This document shows, in pieces, positions 13,708 to 27,109 of a DNA stretch of 64,000 nucleotides. The position numbers and the translations under genes were made by a program. Source of the DNA: Girardia tigrina (taxonomy: Eukaryota). The notes below the pieces were generated by a model. It saw nothing but the letters and a program-made list of their open reading frames with translations. It made no database searches and had not been told where the DNA came from. Within the stretch, counting starts at the first letter, position 1. Each line of letters starts with the position of its first letter. Location: the NCBI GenBank assembly GCA_001938485.1, contig MQRK01218924.1:1-64000 (forward strand), given 5' to 3'.

Positions 13708-13850
13708 TAATTATTAAAAAATTTAGATAAGTACTCAATGTGATGTGTGACATTTTGTTTTCTGTAGAGCAGTTTTTTTATCGCGAATTGCGTATTATAC
13801 TGCAAATAATACTTAATGTTGTGAATAATATATAATACTTCGATTGATAT

Positions 13851-14654
13851 CAGTGCTCGAAGTGGGAAAAAATAAGTGCCGGTATGCGGAAACCGGCCAT
13901 ACAGTGATTTTGCTCCTCCGCTGCCCAACGCCAACACCCTGACGTCAACTCCCACGCCCCCTCCCCGATTTTTTAATATATTTAAAAAAACAGTGGTTTC
14001 TTTTCATTTCCGCTCACCCAAAATTGTATACAACCCCCACACATTAACGAACCCTGAGGGAAACCAAAAACCATTCTCCGTTTAAATCTTATTGACCACA
14101 CAATAAAGATATTCACCAGCGTGGGTAATGGTAACTATAGTAACTACAGATCTCACTAAGTGTCCAGTAAACAATAAACTGTCTAGAGCTTACATATTTT
14201 GTAAATGCAATCGATACCAACGTCGGCATCCTTTGCACTACCCTGATGTATCTACTACTCTATCTACAGCGCACACACTCGTGTGTGAGGTTTGTGTATA
14301 TGTGAGAGAGATAGCGGTGGCAGGGGGCGATAGAAAGAGAGAGTAAGACATTATGGTTAGTCGTTAGTGGTAGTGACACTCCTGCTTACATTATGCTGTG
14401 CTTGTGTGTGCGTTTGTTTGTGTGAGGCAGCATATACAGCAGTTGAGGTGAGACGGAAGCGTAGCCATATAATTCATTCCTTAATAAATGCTTTCCAATT
14501 TTTAAGCCTTAGGAAAAACAAGTGCCGGTATGAGCCGGTATTCCCCTTAAAAATCATACTGCCTTAAAATCAAATAAGTGCCGGTATATCATACCGCCTC
14601 GAAAACAAGTGGCGGTATGGCATACCGGCACATCCCGACTCACTTCGAGCCCTG
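13851..14654. mobile_element. Non-autonomous hAT element (MITE)
   Basis: TIRs CAGTGCTCGAAGTG / CACTTCGAGCCCTG; 8-bp TSD ATTGATAT (13843-13850 / 14655-14662); subterminal AAGTGCCGGTAT repeats. Confidence 0.9.
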
Positions 14655-15430
14655 ATTGATATACAGTATCACCTCTAACTTCGACCAGTCACCCATTTCA
14701 GCAAATGTCCCAATTTAAAAAAAAATATCTGAATGAAATTCACTGGCACAGATATTATAAGCAAGACATTTAAAAAGATGATAAAATGAATATATTGATG
14801 ATTGAATCATTAAAAAATATTTTTTATTAAACATATGCATGTATTGCCTTATATTCTTATGTCTTTTGCTTCCTTTGTCGTTGTTTAGTATAATTATTTT
14901 TCTGATATGTTAACAGAACATCGACTAACCTACAGACCAAACCGTTGAAACCATTGAGAAAAGGGTTTAAATTTAATATCGATTCTAAGTTTAATGTAAA
15001 GTCGGAAAAGACTGCATTTGAATGAGTACTCCATCTTTGACCAAATTATAGAGATTTGGCAAGTTTTTTGGCATTCTCCAATTGTGGCAAAATTTAGAGG
15101 TTGTGCCGAGATTTGTTTATTAAATGGAAGTTATTATTATGAAAACATTAGTACTTTACAATGATTTAAGTAAAAAATTAAAATAAAAATTCTTTAAAAT
15201 GATTTATTAGTTTTCATCAAAAAAAGTTTTCTTTGGAAAGATTTATTTTTTTATTAATTTGCATTTTATCTAGTTTTAAATAAAGAAAATCGCGATACAA
15301 TCGGACTTGATGGCACTTATAGCAGCCATTCCACTTCTAGATTTTTGACCGAAATTCTAATTTAAGTCCTCTTTTGTTTAGAATTTTGATATTTCTCCGG
15401 GTGGCAGTTACTGAAACTTATACAAATATA

Positions 15431-16364
15431 CAGTGCGGTTCATAAGTAAGTTCGCACCCTAACAATTTCAATATATCTCAATAAAACGATGAAAAAGTCT
15501 ATTATTTTAATTGCATTGTTTAAAATGATTAAAATTGATCATAATCTTGTATTTAATTTAAATATTTATAGTTTAATTTCATATTTGATGTTTTGTTGGT
15601 ATTTTAGATTAAAATGGTTTATGCTAGAATATCCATCGAAAACAGGATAATCATTGTGTCGCTTAAGAGACAAGGACGGTCTGTAGCTGAANNNNNNNNN
15701 NNNNNNNNNNNNNNNNNNNNNNNNNNNNNNNNNNNNNNNNNNNNAAGTTGTTAAAAAAATATGCTGTTACTGGAAGTTACGAAGACATTCAACGAAGTGG
15801 CAGACCTCATAAATTGTCGGAACGTTCAAAACGTTTAATACGACGCACCTCTTTATCTTGTTTGTCGAAATTTGGCGTTGGAGTACTGAAAAGAATAAAT
15901 GGCAACCTAAACGTAGAGAAATATCAAAAGGAAGTAATAATAAATGAAATAAAAAAAACGTTTTGAACGTTCCGACAATTTATGAGGTCTGCCACTTCGT
16001 TGAATGTCTTCGTAACTTCCAGTAACAGCATATTTTTTTAACAACTTTTGAATTCCACGCTTGGAGATAGTTGTGTGATATAAACTCTCCATAATATTCT
16101 TAATTTCAGCTACAGACCATCCTTGTCTCTTAAGCGACACAATGATTATCCTGTTTTCGATGGATATTCTAGCATAAACAATTTTAATCTAAAATACCAC
16201 AAAACATCAAATATAAAATTAATCTATAAATATTTAAATTAAATACAAGATTATTATCTATTTTAATCATTTTAGACAATGCAATTAAAATAATAAAGAC
16301 TTTCATCGTTTTATTGAGATATATTGAAATTGTTAGAGTGCGAACTTACTTATGAACCGCACTG
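15431..16364. mobile_element. Fold-back Tc1 derivative built from two inverted 5' ends
   Basis: TA-flanked ends CAGTGCGGTTCATAAG...; ~405-bp inverted arms (15431-15836 / 15956-16364), each encoding the Tc1 N-terminal HTH (RSGRPHKLSERSKR). Confidence 0.88.
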
Positions 16365-17997
16365 TATATTTTATAGGGTTTTAGAAGCATCCGGTATCCG
16401 CAATTTATTTATATAAACATCTAGATACATATAAATACATATACGGACATCGAATACAAAAACACCTAGAATCGACTAATGTCAGGATTTGGAGAAACTC
16501 CTTTTAAAAAACAGCATAAAGTACAAAATTAATTAATTAATTCTCATAATATATTAATTCTGAAATTAAAAAGTTTTATTTCTCGCAAGACAAGAAAATA
16601 TCTCTATGTTCATCTAAATCCGTATAAATTCACATAAATTTGAGAAAAAAATTTTTATTATTTTTTTGCGATAAAATGGTAATTAAATTCTGAATAATTA
16701 AAAAACATTTTGATATTTCCCTTAATTATTTTTTTTTAATTTAAGTTAAAATAAAAATTTCGGTAAATAAATCTCGTCGTGGTGTTTTTGGTGAACAGTA
16801 AACTAGATAGAAATGAATATTTATCGTTGTAAATATAAAATTATTTACGTTTTTAAATTACTATTAAATTAGAGAATTCAATTTTAAAATGATAATTCTA
16901 AAAATTCCCAGATGAAATATTTGCTTGAAAATGACAATCTTTTAATTAAATGAAGTTTATCTTGAACATTATTTTGTTTTAATCTCGATTGAAGTAAAAT
17001 GATTTGACTTAGACTTTGTTGGTGTAGAGTTAACGCAACGTTGGAGCAATCCTCAAAGGCAATAAATACTTTCATAAAATTATTTGTTAAGAGTCATTTT
17101 TAGAATTAAATTATGTAGAAGATGTACATATAGAGTACAAATGAAAATATTGTAGTCTTATGATAGAATAAAGGACTAGAAAACCAAGAACGTGCTTAAA
17201 GGAATAGGTTTAGAATGTATAAATAACTTGGATAAGCATGGAATGCGAAATGAATTGGCGTTGCTAGTCACTTTTAACTATACAACGATTGAAATGTTTT
17301 TACAAGAAGCCTGGTGTAGGGATCCCTTTAAAAACCTAAAAAGAAGTAAATAAAGAGACTGTATTTGTTTGTCAAAGTTAGAAAAGTTGTTGGAAATAAT
17401 AAATTGTTAACAAAAGGAAAATTTATGAAGCACTTTTTGTTTTCGGAGTGGTTCAATCATTGTCTAAAATCGGCAATTTTATCTCATGTTCGCTAATTTA
17501 AAGCCATTGCGAATGAACATTGATTAGCCGTGGTATTTGCGTTGATGCGTTAATCAAATAGTTCTGATTCGATCCGTTCACAACCGCGATCGAAGAGGGA
17601 TGAAAAGTGCTCGTATAAGTACTGCTGTTGATTAGAGAACTTTCCGACGAGAAATTTATCAAAGTATTCCCGATATTTTGACGGATATTCGAGTTCCTTA
17701 TTTCATTAGATGAATAAATTCCACTCATTAAATTAAACATTAAAATCCCCCAACATTTACGCGATTCAAAGCATATTTGAAAATTTCACAAAACAAAATT
17801 TAGTTAAACAAATCGCAATTCTCGATAAATATCACAATTAATTTTTTTATCAAAAATTAATTTTATCATTGTTATAAATAAGAATATGTGATTTTAATCC
17901 ATAATTATCTTTTTTAATATAATTATAATTTAATTTTTTGGTCACTCAACATGTATTTTTTTACTCAATTATGCAGAGAAATAAATGTTATTAGATT

Positions 17998-18389
17998 TAT
18001 GAGGAATATTTTTGAAAGATGTTTATAGTATGTTGTTTTAGGATGGTGTTTCTCCCACCCAGATGGAAGATTGATATTTTAAATGTTTTAAAACGTCGGA
18101 TTATTTGAACAATTTAAAAATGTAAATAACAGCTTTCAAATAAAATTAATATATCATAAATAATATGTTTCAAATATTTTTTAAATAATTAAAATTATTT
18201 TTTCATCGATATTGTAAATTAAATTGTAATTTAAATTTGTTTGAATAATACGACGTTTAAAAACAGAATTAAAAAATTTATCAATGAAGAACGATAATTT
18301 GCTACAAAGGTTTTGTGGAGAATCGTCCTAATGGCAATCCAAGTTGTGATATCAATAAGTGTATTGATAATCCAATTAGTGTTCTAATA
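17998..18389 (+). mobile_element. Solo LTR, family A
   Basis: TATGAGGAAT...GTGTTCTAATA with 5-bp TSD AGATT; homologous to copies at 35257, 49439 and 52309. Confidence 0.75.
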
Positions 18390-19098
18390 AGATTTAAGAA
18401 AATAAGATAAAGACTTGTCAAAATTACCAATCAACAAAATCAACTGTAATAATTTCACAAAATATATATATATAAATATATATATATATAAAACACAATA
18501 AAACATTAAAAATGGATTATTTAAAATTTGTAATCCGAAAGAAAAATTTTCTTTAAAAATAAATTTCATCAATCAAGTATCCTGTTCTTACAAAAACACG
18601 CTAACTTCAGTGTTTCAAATGATCATTCTAATATTTACAATGGTTATCTACATAGTGGAAGAAAATTATTTTCTCGGATGAATCTTGTTTTGAAGTAAGA
18701 CTACCATTGTTTCAGTATGTCCATCGAATGCATGACGAGCTGTCTTAACGTTATCACTTCAACGAATGAAGTGATTACCTTTTGAAGGTAATGTTTGAAG
18801 GTTGCACATTGTGGATGGAACATTACATAGTGATAAGTGTTCGCGCTGTGATTGTCTTTGGCCCTTACTTGAGCCCAATTTAAATTAAAATATTAAATGA
18901 ATTAAAATTAAATAAAGTAAAAAATTTTAAATAAATATAAAATAAGTAATTAAATTAAAAATAAATAAGTAATTCAAATAAATAAATTAAATATATATAT
19001 GTTTATATCTAAAAATATTGTTATAAGACCATCATGTTCACATGGTTTTGTGATGGCATAGTTTTGACGTTTGGTTTGTTGTTTGCCGGACTTTTAAA

Positions 19099-19440
19099 AT
19101 GAAATTTAATGAACGAGTTTCCGATATCAAACCGGCTATTTATTACGCTACATTAGCTCTCACAGAAATCAGAAACAGTAGCAATTTTGTGAAATTATTA
19201 CAGTTGATTTTGTTGATTGGTAATTTTATGAATAGTTCCTCAAAATCCTTTCAAACAGTCAGTTTTCAGATAAATTCTCTCTCAAAACTTTCTGACACAA
19301 AAGACAACCAAAATGAAAACACTCTAATGGAGTTTTTTAGTCTATCAAATAAAAAATCATTTTCCGTCTTTGATTAATTTTATTTCTGAGTTATCATATT
19401 TGGATAAAGCATCGAAAATTTCTTCTGAATCTATCAGTTC
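19099..19440 (+). pseudogene. Formin FH2 domain (diaphanous/DAAM-like) fragment, frameshifted
   Basis: LLQLILLIGNFMN...FQINSLSKLSDTKD matches the conserved FH2 GN(Y/F)MN and lasso-post region; frame breaks near 19340; no flanking exons found. Confidence 0.7.
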
Positions 19441-21660
19441 CCAACGACTAAAGAAATAATAAAAAAGTTCTTAGGTCTGTCAAACAATCTCCGAATCACA
19501 TCGAATTGTTTCGATTATCAATGAATATGCACCATCATTTAATGGAAAAGTCTCATAATTCGTCTGAGACGTCAGATATAATCTCTGCCTATTATCTCGT
19601 TCACTCTAGCGTTATTCTCAATATGATTCTAAGATCGGTAATTGACGAAAGTCTTTTCTCTTTAGTACCCGTTTTAAAATTCGATTTGAAAGGGAAAACA
19701 GTAAAAAGATTTGCACATAAATTTCTCAAAACCATCACAGGTAAATAGAAGGATTATTCTGAAACCGAAAGTGTCAATGGGGAAATTGTTCCCGGGAAAT
19801 CAAAATTCAATAAATTTTCTTTTAATCAAATCAATCTCTTTTCGATTAATCAATTCAATCCGATTAATTGGTGTAGTAATTCTTGCAGTACGAGTGCGTT
19901 GAAGAAACAGATTGTGACGAAGCACAGCGACCATTCCTTGAACAATGTTGCCTTGACCTGTGGGACGGTTGAGACTGGTCCTTTTTTGAGAAAGAAACTG
20001 AACTTTAATATGAAATCGAATAAACACAAAATGAAGAAATATATCTCATCTTCCTCTGAGATACAACAATAAGTACATCTTCATTTTGAAGGAGTGCTTT
20101 TTACTTATGGCGCAGGAATGGTTTAGGCAATCGATATGGTATGTACATCAAGATAGTGCTCGCTTTCCTACCATCAAACACACTATTAAGTAGCTAGAGC
20201 GAAACAACTTCGAAGTGCTTTCTAAGCCTAGTTGTAACCTTGGTGATAATTGCATCGAAAACCTCTGAAACATTTTAAAGAAGGAGATCTAAGACACTCC
20301 TAGATTGAGTAAGATTTATCTCCTTGAGAAAACTAAAATTACTTCGAACAGTGACAAAGTGCAAAGTATTTAAGCCAAACTTGTTTTATTCATGACCTCA
20401 TGTGTTAGTTTTATTAATGTTATTAAATCTATTCATACTTCCTATAGATTAAAGGCGAATAAAACATGCTCTTGGAATTTTTTTCTCTATATCAATTTTT
20501 CAAGATGGAAACGTTAGTTTGAACAACGTTTTAATAACTCGTTTCGTTGTAAAGATGATCTTTAAAATGCTTATTTATCATCTATATTTATCATCAACTT
20601 ATTTATTATCAATAAAGAATTAACTTTATAATGAGGCCTCTTAGATAAATCCGGTCTTTTATTCTACAATGTATGGAAAAAAAGGAAGAAAAGTAGAACC
20701 GGATTTTTATTTTATGCGGGCATTTGGCATGGTTTTAAACGCTTTATTAATAATGCTTTAATAACTATCCTCTAATAATGTGTCAAATGTTTCTTCAATA
20801 CTGAAAATTCAGTTTCATAGATACCTTTATATATAAAATTGATAACATATATTTATGAATCAACAGTAATGGTCATATCACTGAATAATTTTTTGATTAA
20901 CATTTAGGATGTAAAAGATTTTATTAAATCACATTAATCGAAAATTCTCAATAAGTTGATTTATACATTAGAAGGAAATTATAAAAAATTGGAAACATTT
21001 TAATCCAAATTCCTACATGTTTTATCCAAAGTATTTATGCCTATGTACATTCTTGTAGTTTCAAATAATTAATTTATACATTCGCCAGCATTGAACTGCA
21101 ATTTATATGAAGAAATGTAGAAAAAATAATATAATTAAGTCATCCGAAATGTAAGATGTCAGTGCTTATTCCAAGCCAGATGTTCCATTTTTCTGCTACA
21201 TTTGAAAACGCAAAAATGTGTTTCATTTAGAAATAATTATTTAAAATTTCTAAAAATGACTTGTACTTTTTTGAGACATCAGGAATCCATGTTTTTCTAA
21301 TTAGTATCCATATTAAAATGTTTTAAAAATTCGATAATTAATTTTGTCTTGTTTTCTTTTAAAACATAACTTTAACTTAATTGTAGTAATATGCATTTTA
21401 GTATGACTTAATTTTCTTATACAAATAATTACCGTAAACGATAATAACATTTATTTATTATACTAGGTTGTTGCAACCAAACGCAACGATTTTAAAAATT
21501 AACTAGTAAATCAAAAAAAAATTATATCCATTCTTTATCAGGACAGAACTCTACTTAGTCAAAAGAATTTTTTAATTTTTTATTGTTTGTTTTGAAATGT
21601 ATTTTTTATTTTATTTATTTGCGTAATATAATCTACTTAAAATGTATAAGTAGATCATTT

Positions 21661-21840
21661 TCTACTAATATTGTTAAGGAACTCCGATTTTGCCGTTTTT
21701 CCCAAATTCTAAGACATTAAAAAAAATTCACATTATCATTTATTGTCATCGAAAATGAGTAAGCGTGCAAGGTTTGGTGAAAATTGATTGAATAAAAAGC
21801 CTTCAAAAATAGGTTTCTAAATTTCATGGATATATAATAA
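21661..21840 (+). repeat. Short interspersed element (Helitron/MITE-like), copy 1
   Basis: Homologous to 43671-43870 (GGAACTCCGA...GAGTAAG...CCTTCAAAAATAGGTTTCTAAATT.CATGGATATATA). Confidence 0.6.
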
Positions 21841-22656
21841 TCTATATAATAATAATATATATTATAATAATCTCATCATCAGGCCACAAAATGCACTAAG
21901 CAAGTACACTATATTGAAACTTGCCAAAAATAAATAAAATTTATTCAATAAATTAGTGGATAAAAATAATTTTATTTCACTTTTCCTTAAAATTAACAAA
22001 AATGCACTAAATGCAATTAATCTCATTCTCGCAAACCAACCATTGGCAGCTATCAATTGCCATTTGAGAAAACGATGTGTTTATCGTTGTTTAATAGCAA
22101 ATATTAATTCAATAATTTTTCAGAGACTACAGTTTAATTTTTCGATTTTGCACTTTGTATATTGTGAGGATTTTTCGACAAACTCACAAATCTTAAAAAA
22201 TTTTAAAATTTTAAACTGTAAAATATTTTAAACATAATGTTTCATAATAAATTCTGAACGTCAGCGTTTATAAAAAGTAAACTTGAGTTTGCTAAGGTTC
22301 ATCGTTTTGGATTTCGGTATGAAGTTGATGTGTTTTTTGAAAAGAAAAAAAAATTATACCATGTAAGAGTTGATTTATTTTTTTAAGAAAAAGTTTTTAT
22401 TTATTTTGGAATTAAATAAGTGAATGTTTTTAAAAAAGAAAGAAAAAAATTTATTTATGTAAAGAAAAAAAATAAAAAAATATTTTTATTAAAAATTATG
22501 TTAAAAGGAAAAATTATTATGAATGATTGTTTGTAAAATGTTTTTAATTAAATTTAAGTGTTTAATTGGATTTTCTATAAATGTGTAAAGAAATGAAACT
22601 GAATAATTTTGATTTAAAAATAAAAATTTGGTGGCTCCTTTGTTGTTTTCAAAAAC

Positions 22657-22982
22657 ATGAGAGAAATTGTTCATTTACGAGCTAGTCAACATGGAGATCA
22701 AATTGGATCAAAATTTTTGGAAGTGATGTTCGACAAACATGGAATCGATCCAACTGGCACGTATCACGGAGAACTCGATCTGCAATTGGAGAGAATCAAT
22801 TTTTACTGCAATGAAACTACTGGTGTGTTCCACGAGCAGTATTAGTGGATTGAGAGCCGGGCACGATGGATTCCGTTCGAGCGGGACCATTTTGATAGAT
22901 ATTTTGACCAAACATTTTCATTTTCGAAAAAAGTAGAGCAGGAAACAATTGAGCGAAGGGTCGCTACAATGAGGGCGCCGAC
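22657..22982 (+). pseudogene. TUBB: Beta-tubulin pseudogene, 5' ~110 codons
   Basis: MREIVHL...[22 protein letters not shown], then after a deletion [21 protein letters not shown]...AGNN*AKGRYNEGA; several stops; truncated. Confidence 0.92.
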
Positions 22983-23249
22983 GAAGATCGAGTGTCGTGG
23001 GAGTTACCTTGAGTGAGCTAAAAGTGATCAATATTGTTTGTGAGCTAAATATATTGTTTGAGCTAAAGTGATCAATAGAAGACAGATTGATGAACATTGC
23101 AAATATGGAGATATGCGCGATGGATCCCTATATAAGTAAAAATCAATATACCGAAAAAAAAGGCTACAAAATGCGAAATGTAAGTTAAAACTACAAACTG
23201 GTACAAAGTTGTACGATTGCGTAAATAAATTCAGAAATATTTTCTTGGC

Positions 23250-24650
23250 TTGTAAGAGGAAAAACGACTTTAGTTGAACACGAAATAAAAACCGCAGGGG
23301 AACCAATTCTACAAAAACCTCGTCGACAACCGGCCAATTTGGAAATGCATATTGATGAAGCTATAATGAATTTAGAGAATCATGTGATTATAGAGAAATG
23401 TTCATCACCGTGGAATACGCCGATGGTTTGCGTATGGAAAAAAGAAAAGAGAGAAATTCGGCTTTGTCTGGATTTTCGACTATTAAATCAGGTTACGGAA
23501 AGACCAGCTTTTCCTATACCAAACATCGAGGAAATGTTAGAATCTCTAAATAGAATGAAATGGTTTAGCACTATAGATTTAGGCAATGTACATTATCAGG
23601 TAGAGTTGGAAGAAAGATCGAAATTAAAAACGGCATTTTCGACTAAGACAGGACAATATTGTTTTACTAGGATGTCGTTTGGTATAACGGCTGCACCAGC
23701 AACGTTTCAAAAATTAATGACAGATGTTTTAAAAGAGATGCTGTGGAAGGAAGCCCTGGTATATTTAGACAACATCTTAATATTTTCTGAAACAAAAGCA
23801 CAACATTTTGAGAGGCTCGAAAGGTTGTTTTCGAGAATTCATACAGTAGGACTACGAATAAACACATACAAAATGTAGATTTTTTCAAAAAGAGCTAAAG
23901 TTTCTGGGTTAAAACAATTCAAGATTTCGAGAGGCCGAAATGCATAAAAAAAACTACGTAGTTTTTTTTAGGATTGCGCAACTATTATAGAAAATTTATT
24001 AAGGACTATTCAAAATTGTCAAAACCATTAGAAGAGTTGTGTGGAAGTACAAATAACTTTCTGTATTGGTAAGAATTTTCTACCGAATCCTTTAATAAGT
24101 TGAAGGAAGTGCTGTCCACTACACTAGCATTATATTATCAGGATTTCAAGAAAGAATTCATATTAGATACCGATGCTTCATTTGACACAATAGGTGCTGT
24201 ATTGACACAGCTAAATGACGATGGAAATGAACAAGTAATTGCGTATGGATCAAATACGATGTCAAAACATGAGATTGGTTATTGTATTACGAGGAAAGAG
24301 CTACTAGCCATTTTTCACTTTACCCAACATTTGAAACACTATTTATATGGTGCCCGATTTAAATTGAGAATAGACCACAAGGCAATAGAATTTATGATGA
24401 CCACAAAGAAAGCAATAACGTCCCAATTTCAGAATTATATGAATTATTTAAGTAGTTTAGATATGAAGTTAAAATACCGGAAAGGAACACTACATCAGAA
24501 TGCAGATGCGTTGTCACAGAAAGATTGTATGACATGTGCACAGTGTCCTTTGATACACAAACAGGCGAAATCAAATAGACCACGAAAGAGAATGCTAGCA
24601 TTAAATGAGTACATGTCACCAATTCCGTGGAAAACTAATATTGAAGTGAG
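23250..24650 (+). mobile_element. Degenerate Gypsy pol (RT and RNase H)
   Basis: SSPWNTP, RLCLDFRLLN, KTAFST, YLDN (decayed YLDD), FILDTDAS, ITRKELLA, HQNADALS. Confidence 0.93.
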
Positions 24651-26834
24651 AAGTGACTCTGTGCACTTTTGTTAACGGGTTGCCGGACGAAGGGAAGAAG
24701 CAATTGCGGGAGACGATTTCAATAGCAATGTTGGAGCTACCTCAAGTGGTAGAAAAGGCCAGATTGTTGGTGGGATCAGGTGAAACGTGCTTTATTGGGT
24801 TGAAAACCTTAGCTATGGGGCAGAACATGTGTTTCAAGTGTTTTTTCAAGCCCGAAACTGCTCAAAGGACGCTGATATTAATTGTAATATTATAGGTCAT
24901 ATATTCCGAAATTGGAAAAAGTCAAAAAACGAGCAAGGAGAAGTACGCAACTCTGCGCCAGTGACTTCTCCAGATTTTGGGCGCAACAGTTACCAGTCTT
25001 ATATGTAATTTTCACTTGTCAGAAAGCGATAATTCTCTTAGACACCGGATGCTTCCGATCGATAGTAGTGACTGGGAAGGAGCAGAGGGTTGAGGAAGAG
25101 ATAATAATTATGTTATCTGGAGCGGAAATGGAGTGTTTTCGATCGAGTCGAATGAGTGTGGAGGTAATTGGTAAGAGATTGGACAAAGATTGTTTGTGGC
25201 GAACGTTGTTCCGGGGATCGATATATTATTAGGTATGGATGCTTTGGATCAATTGGGTAGTATAAAAATGGGTGCTAACGGTCGAGTTATGAGTTGCAGC
25301 GACGTTAAATTCGGTGGTATGTTGACGATATCAGCAACGGAGTTGGAGATCAAGGACATGGATTTCGATACTGTGTTTGCAGATGGAATTTGGACGGTAA
25401 ATTGGAAATGACTCGATGACTCCCCGGTGTTGCGGAATCACGTCACATGGTATAACGTTCCCGCGGAACACAAGGAAGAGTTCACTAACAAAATTGAAGA
25501 ATGGATATCTTCCGGATGGTTGTCAAAGTACGACGGTCCGAATGATGGAATAATACCATTTATGGCGGTTATACAACGAAACAAGTCAAAGGTGCGACCT
25601 GTAATGGATTACCGAGAACTGAAAGAGTATACATCGAACCATACTTCTCAAGGAAATATTTGCGGCAGCAAATTTCGTTTGTGGCGTCAGATGGGAGATG
25701 ACTTGGCTATCGTGGATCTTCTAAAGACATATCTCCAAATCAAAGTAGATCCATAATTGTGGAAACATCAAGTGATGGAGAACAACGAACAAAAGTATTG
25801 TCTAACTCGTCTCGGATTTGGCCTCAACGTCGCACCTAAAATCATTACTGCCATACTGAATAAGGTTTTATCGATGAATTCCAGCATACGGGCCGGTACT
25901 GATTCTTACACTGATGACATCGTTGTGAACACAAAAATAATTTCTTGTGACACTATTATTAATTATTTAAACGTTTAGGGTTAGAAGCAAAAGAGCTGGA
26001 GAGTGCGGAGGGTGGTTGGATATTGGAATTGCGTTTGGAAAGGCAGAGCGGGGAGTTGATTTGGAAACTGGACAATATAGTAGATCCAACGGAAGGTATC
26101 CAACTCGGAGACAATTATTCGCTTGGTGTGGTCAGATGATTGGTCATTTTACAGTAGCGGGATGGTTGCGCCACGCGTGCAGTTATATTAAAAGGATGGC
26201 GAACTAGGTAGACTAGGATGGAAAAATCACTTATCATGTCTCATCCATGATCTACAGTTTACAAAAGCGAATTCTTATGGAAGGTGATCCAGTAGGGGGC
26301 GTATGGAAGGGTTCATCAAATTGAGTCACAAAGATATGGTGTAATGCAAGTAGTATTGCTAGTGGGATTTGTTTAGAAGTGGACGGTCGTATAGTAGAAG
26401 ATGGGTCATGGTTAAGGAAGGTCGACGATGGGGCTCATATCAACCTGGCCGAATTGGATGCAGTGATTTGTGGAATAAATCTGGTAATTTCATAGAAGTT
26501 GAAGACCATAGAAGTGTTAACAGACTCATCAATGGTGCACGGATGGTTACAGTCATTAATTTCAGGGGATAAACCTATCCGTGTCAAATGCTTTGGTGAA
26601 GTACTGAGAAGGCGCAGGTTGGCAATTATCGAAGATCTGATGATGGAAAATGAGTTGGTAGTACCCGTTGATCTGGTAAAGTCTGGGGAAAACAAAGCAG
26701 ACACACTGACTCGAGTGCCGCGGTCATGGTTAGTTAAGGCTATTGTGTTGGTCGCCATAGATGAACGGAAAATGTTGCAAGAACTCCACGATGTTCACCA
26801 TTTTCGAAAAGACAAAATAAATTGTTTTAGTTGA
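24650..26834 (+). mobile_element. Second, distinct degenerate Gypsy element (gag end, zinc knuckle, protease, RT, RNase H)
   Basis: LLDTGC protease motif, KVRPVMDYREL, RLGFGLNVAP, SYTDDI, HINLAELDA, NKADTLTRVP; many stops and frameshifts. Confidence 0.9.
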
Positions 26835-27109
26835 TTGTCTCTTGTGAGGAAATATTAAAGGTTTCAAAATATTTAATCTCCTGCGACATTACATTATATC
26901 AAATATTTCTCTTTCGAGATTGATACAGGTGACGATCCTCAAGAGAGGAAGATTTACTGAACCTCAAGCGAGGAATAATTGTTTAAATTATACACATAGT
27001 GGGAAGAACCTTCGGAACTCAAAGTCAGATTAAGTGTCGATATTATAAAACTCAAGAGAGTTAAAAGCTTAATTTTATCAAATACCCAACAATTGTATTA
27101 AATAAAATC

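Noticed and set aside
18280-18389. Family of small Cys-rich peptides (CP....CD.NKC) repeated at ~35410, ~49750 and ~52680
   Set aside because: These lie inside TSD-flanked solo LTRs; no consistent start or stop across copies.
16884-20027. Short ORFs at 16884-17075, 17498-17740, 19506-19748 and 19800-20027
   Set aside because: No recognisable motifs or consistent splice pattern; cannot be supported as genes.
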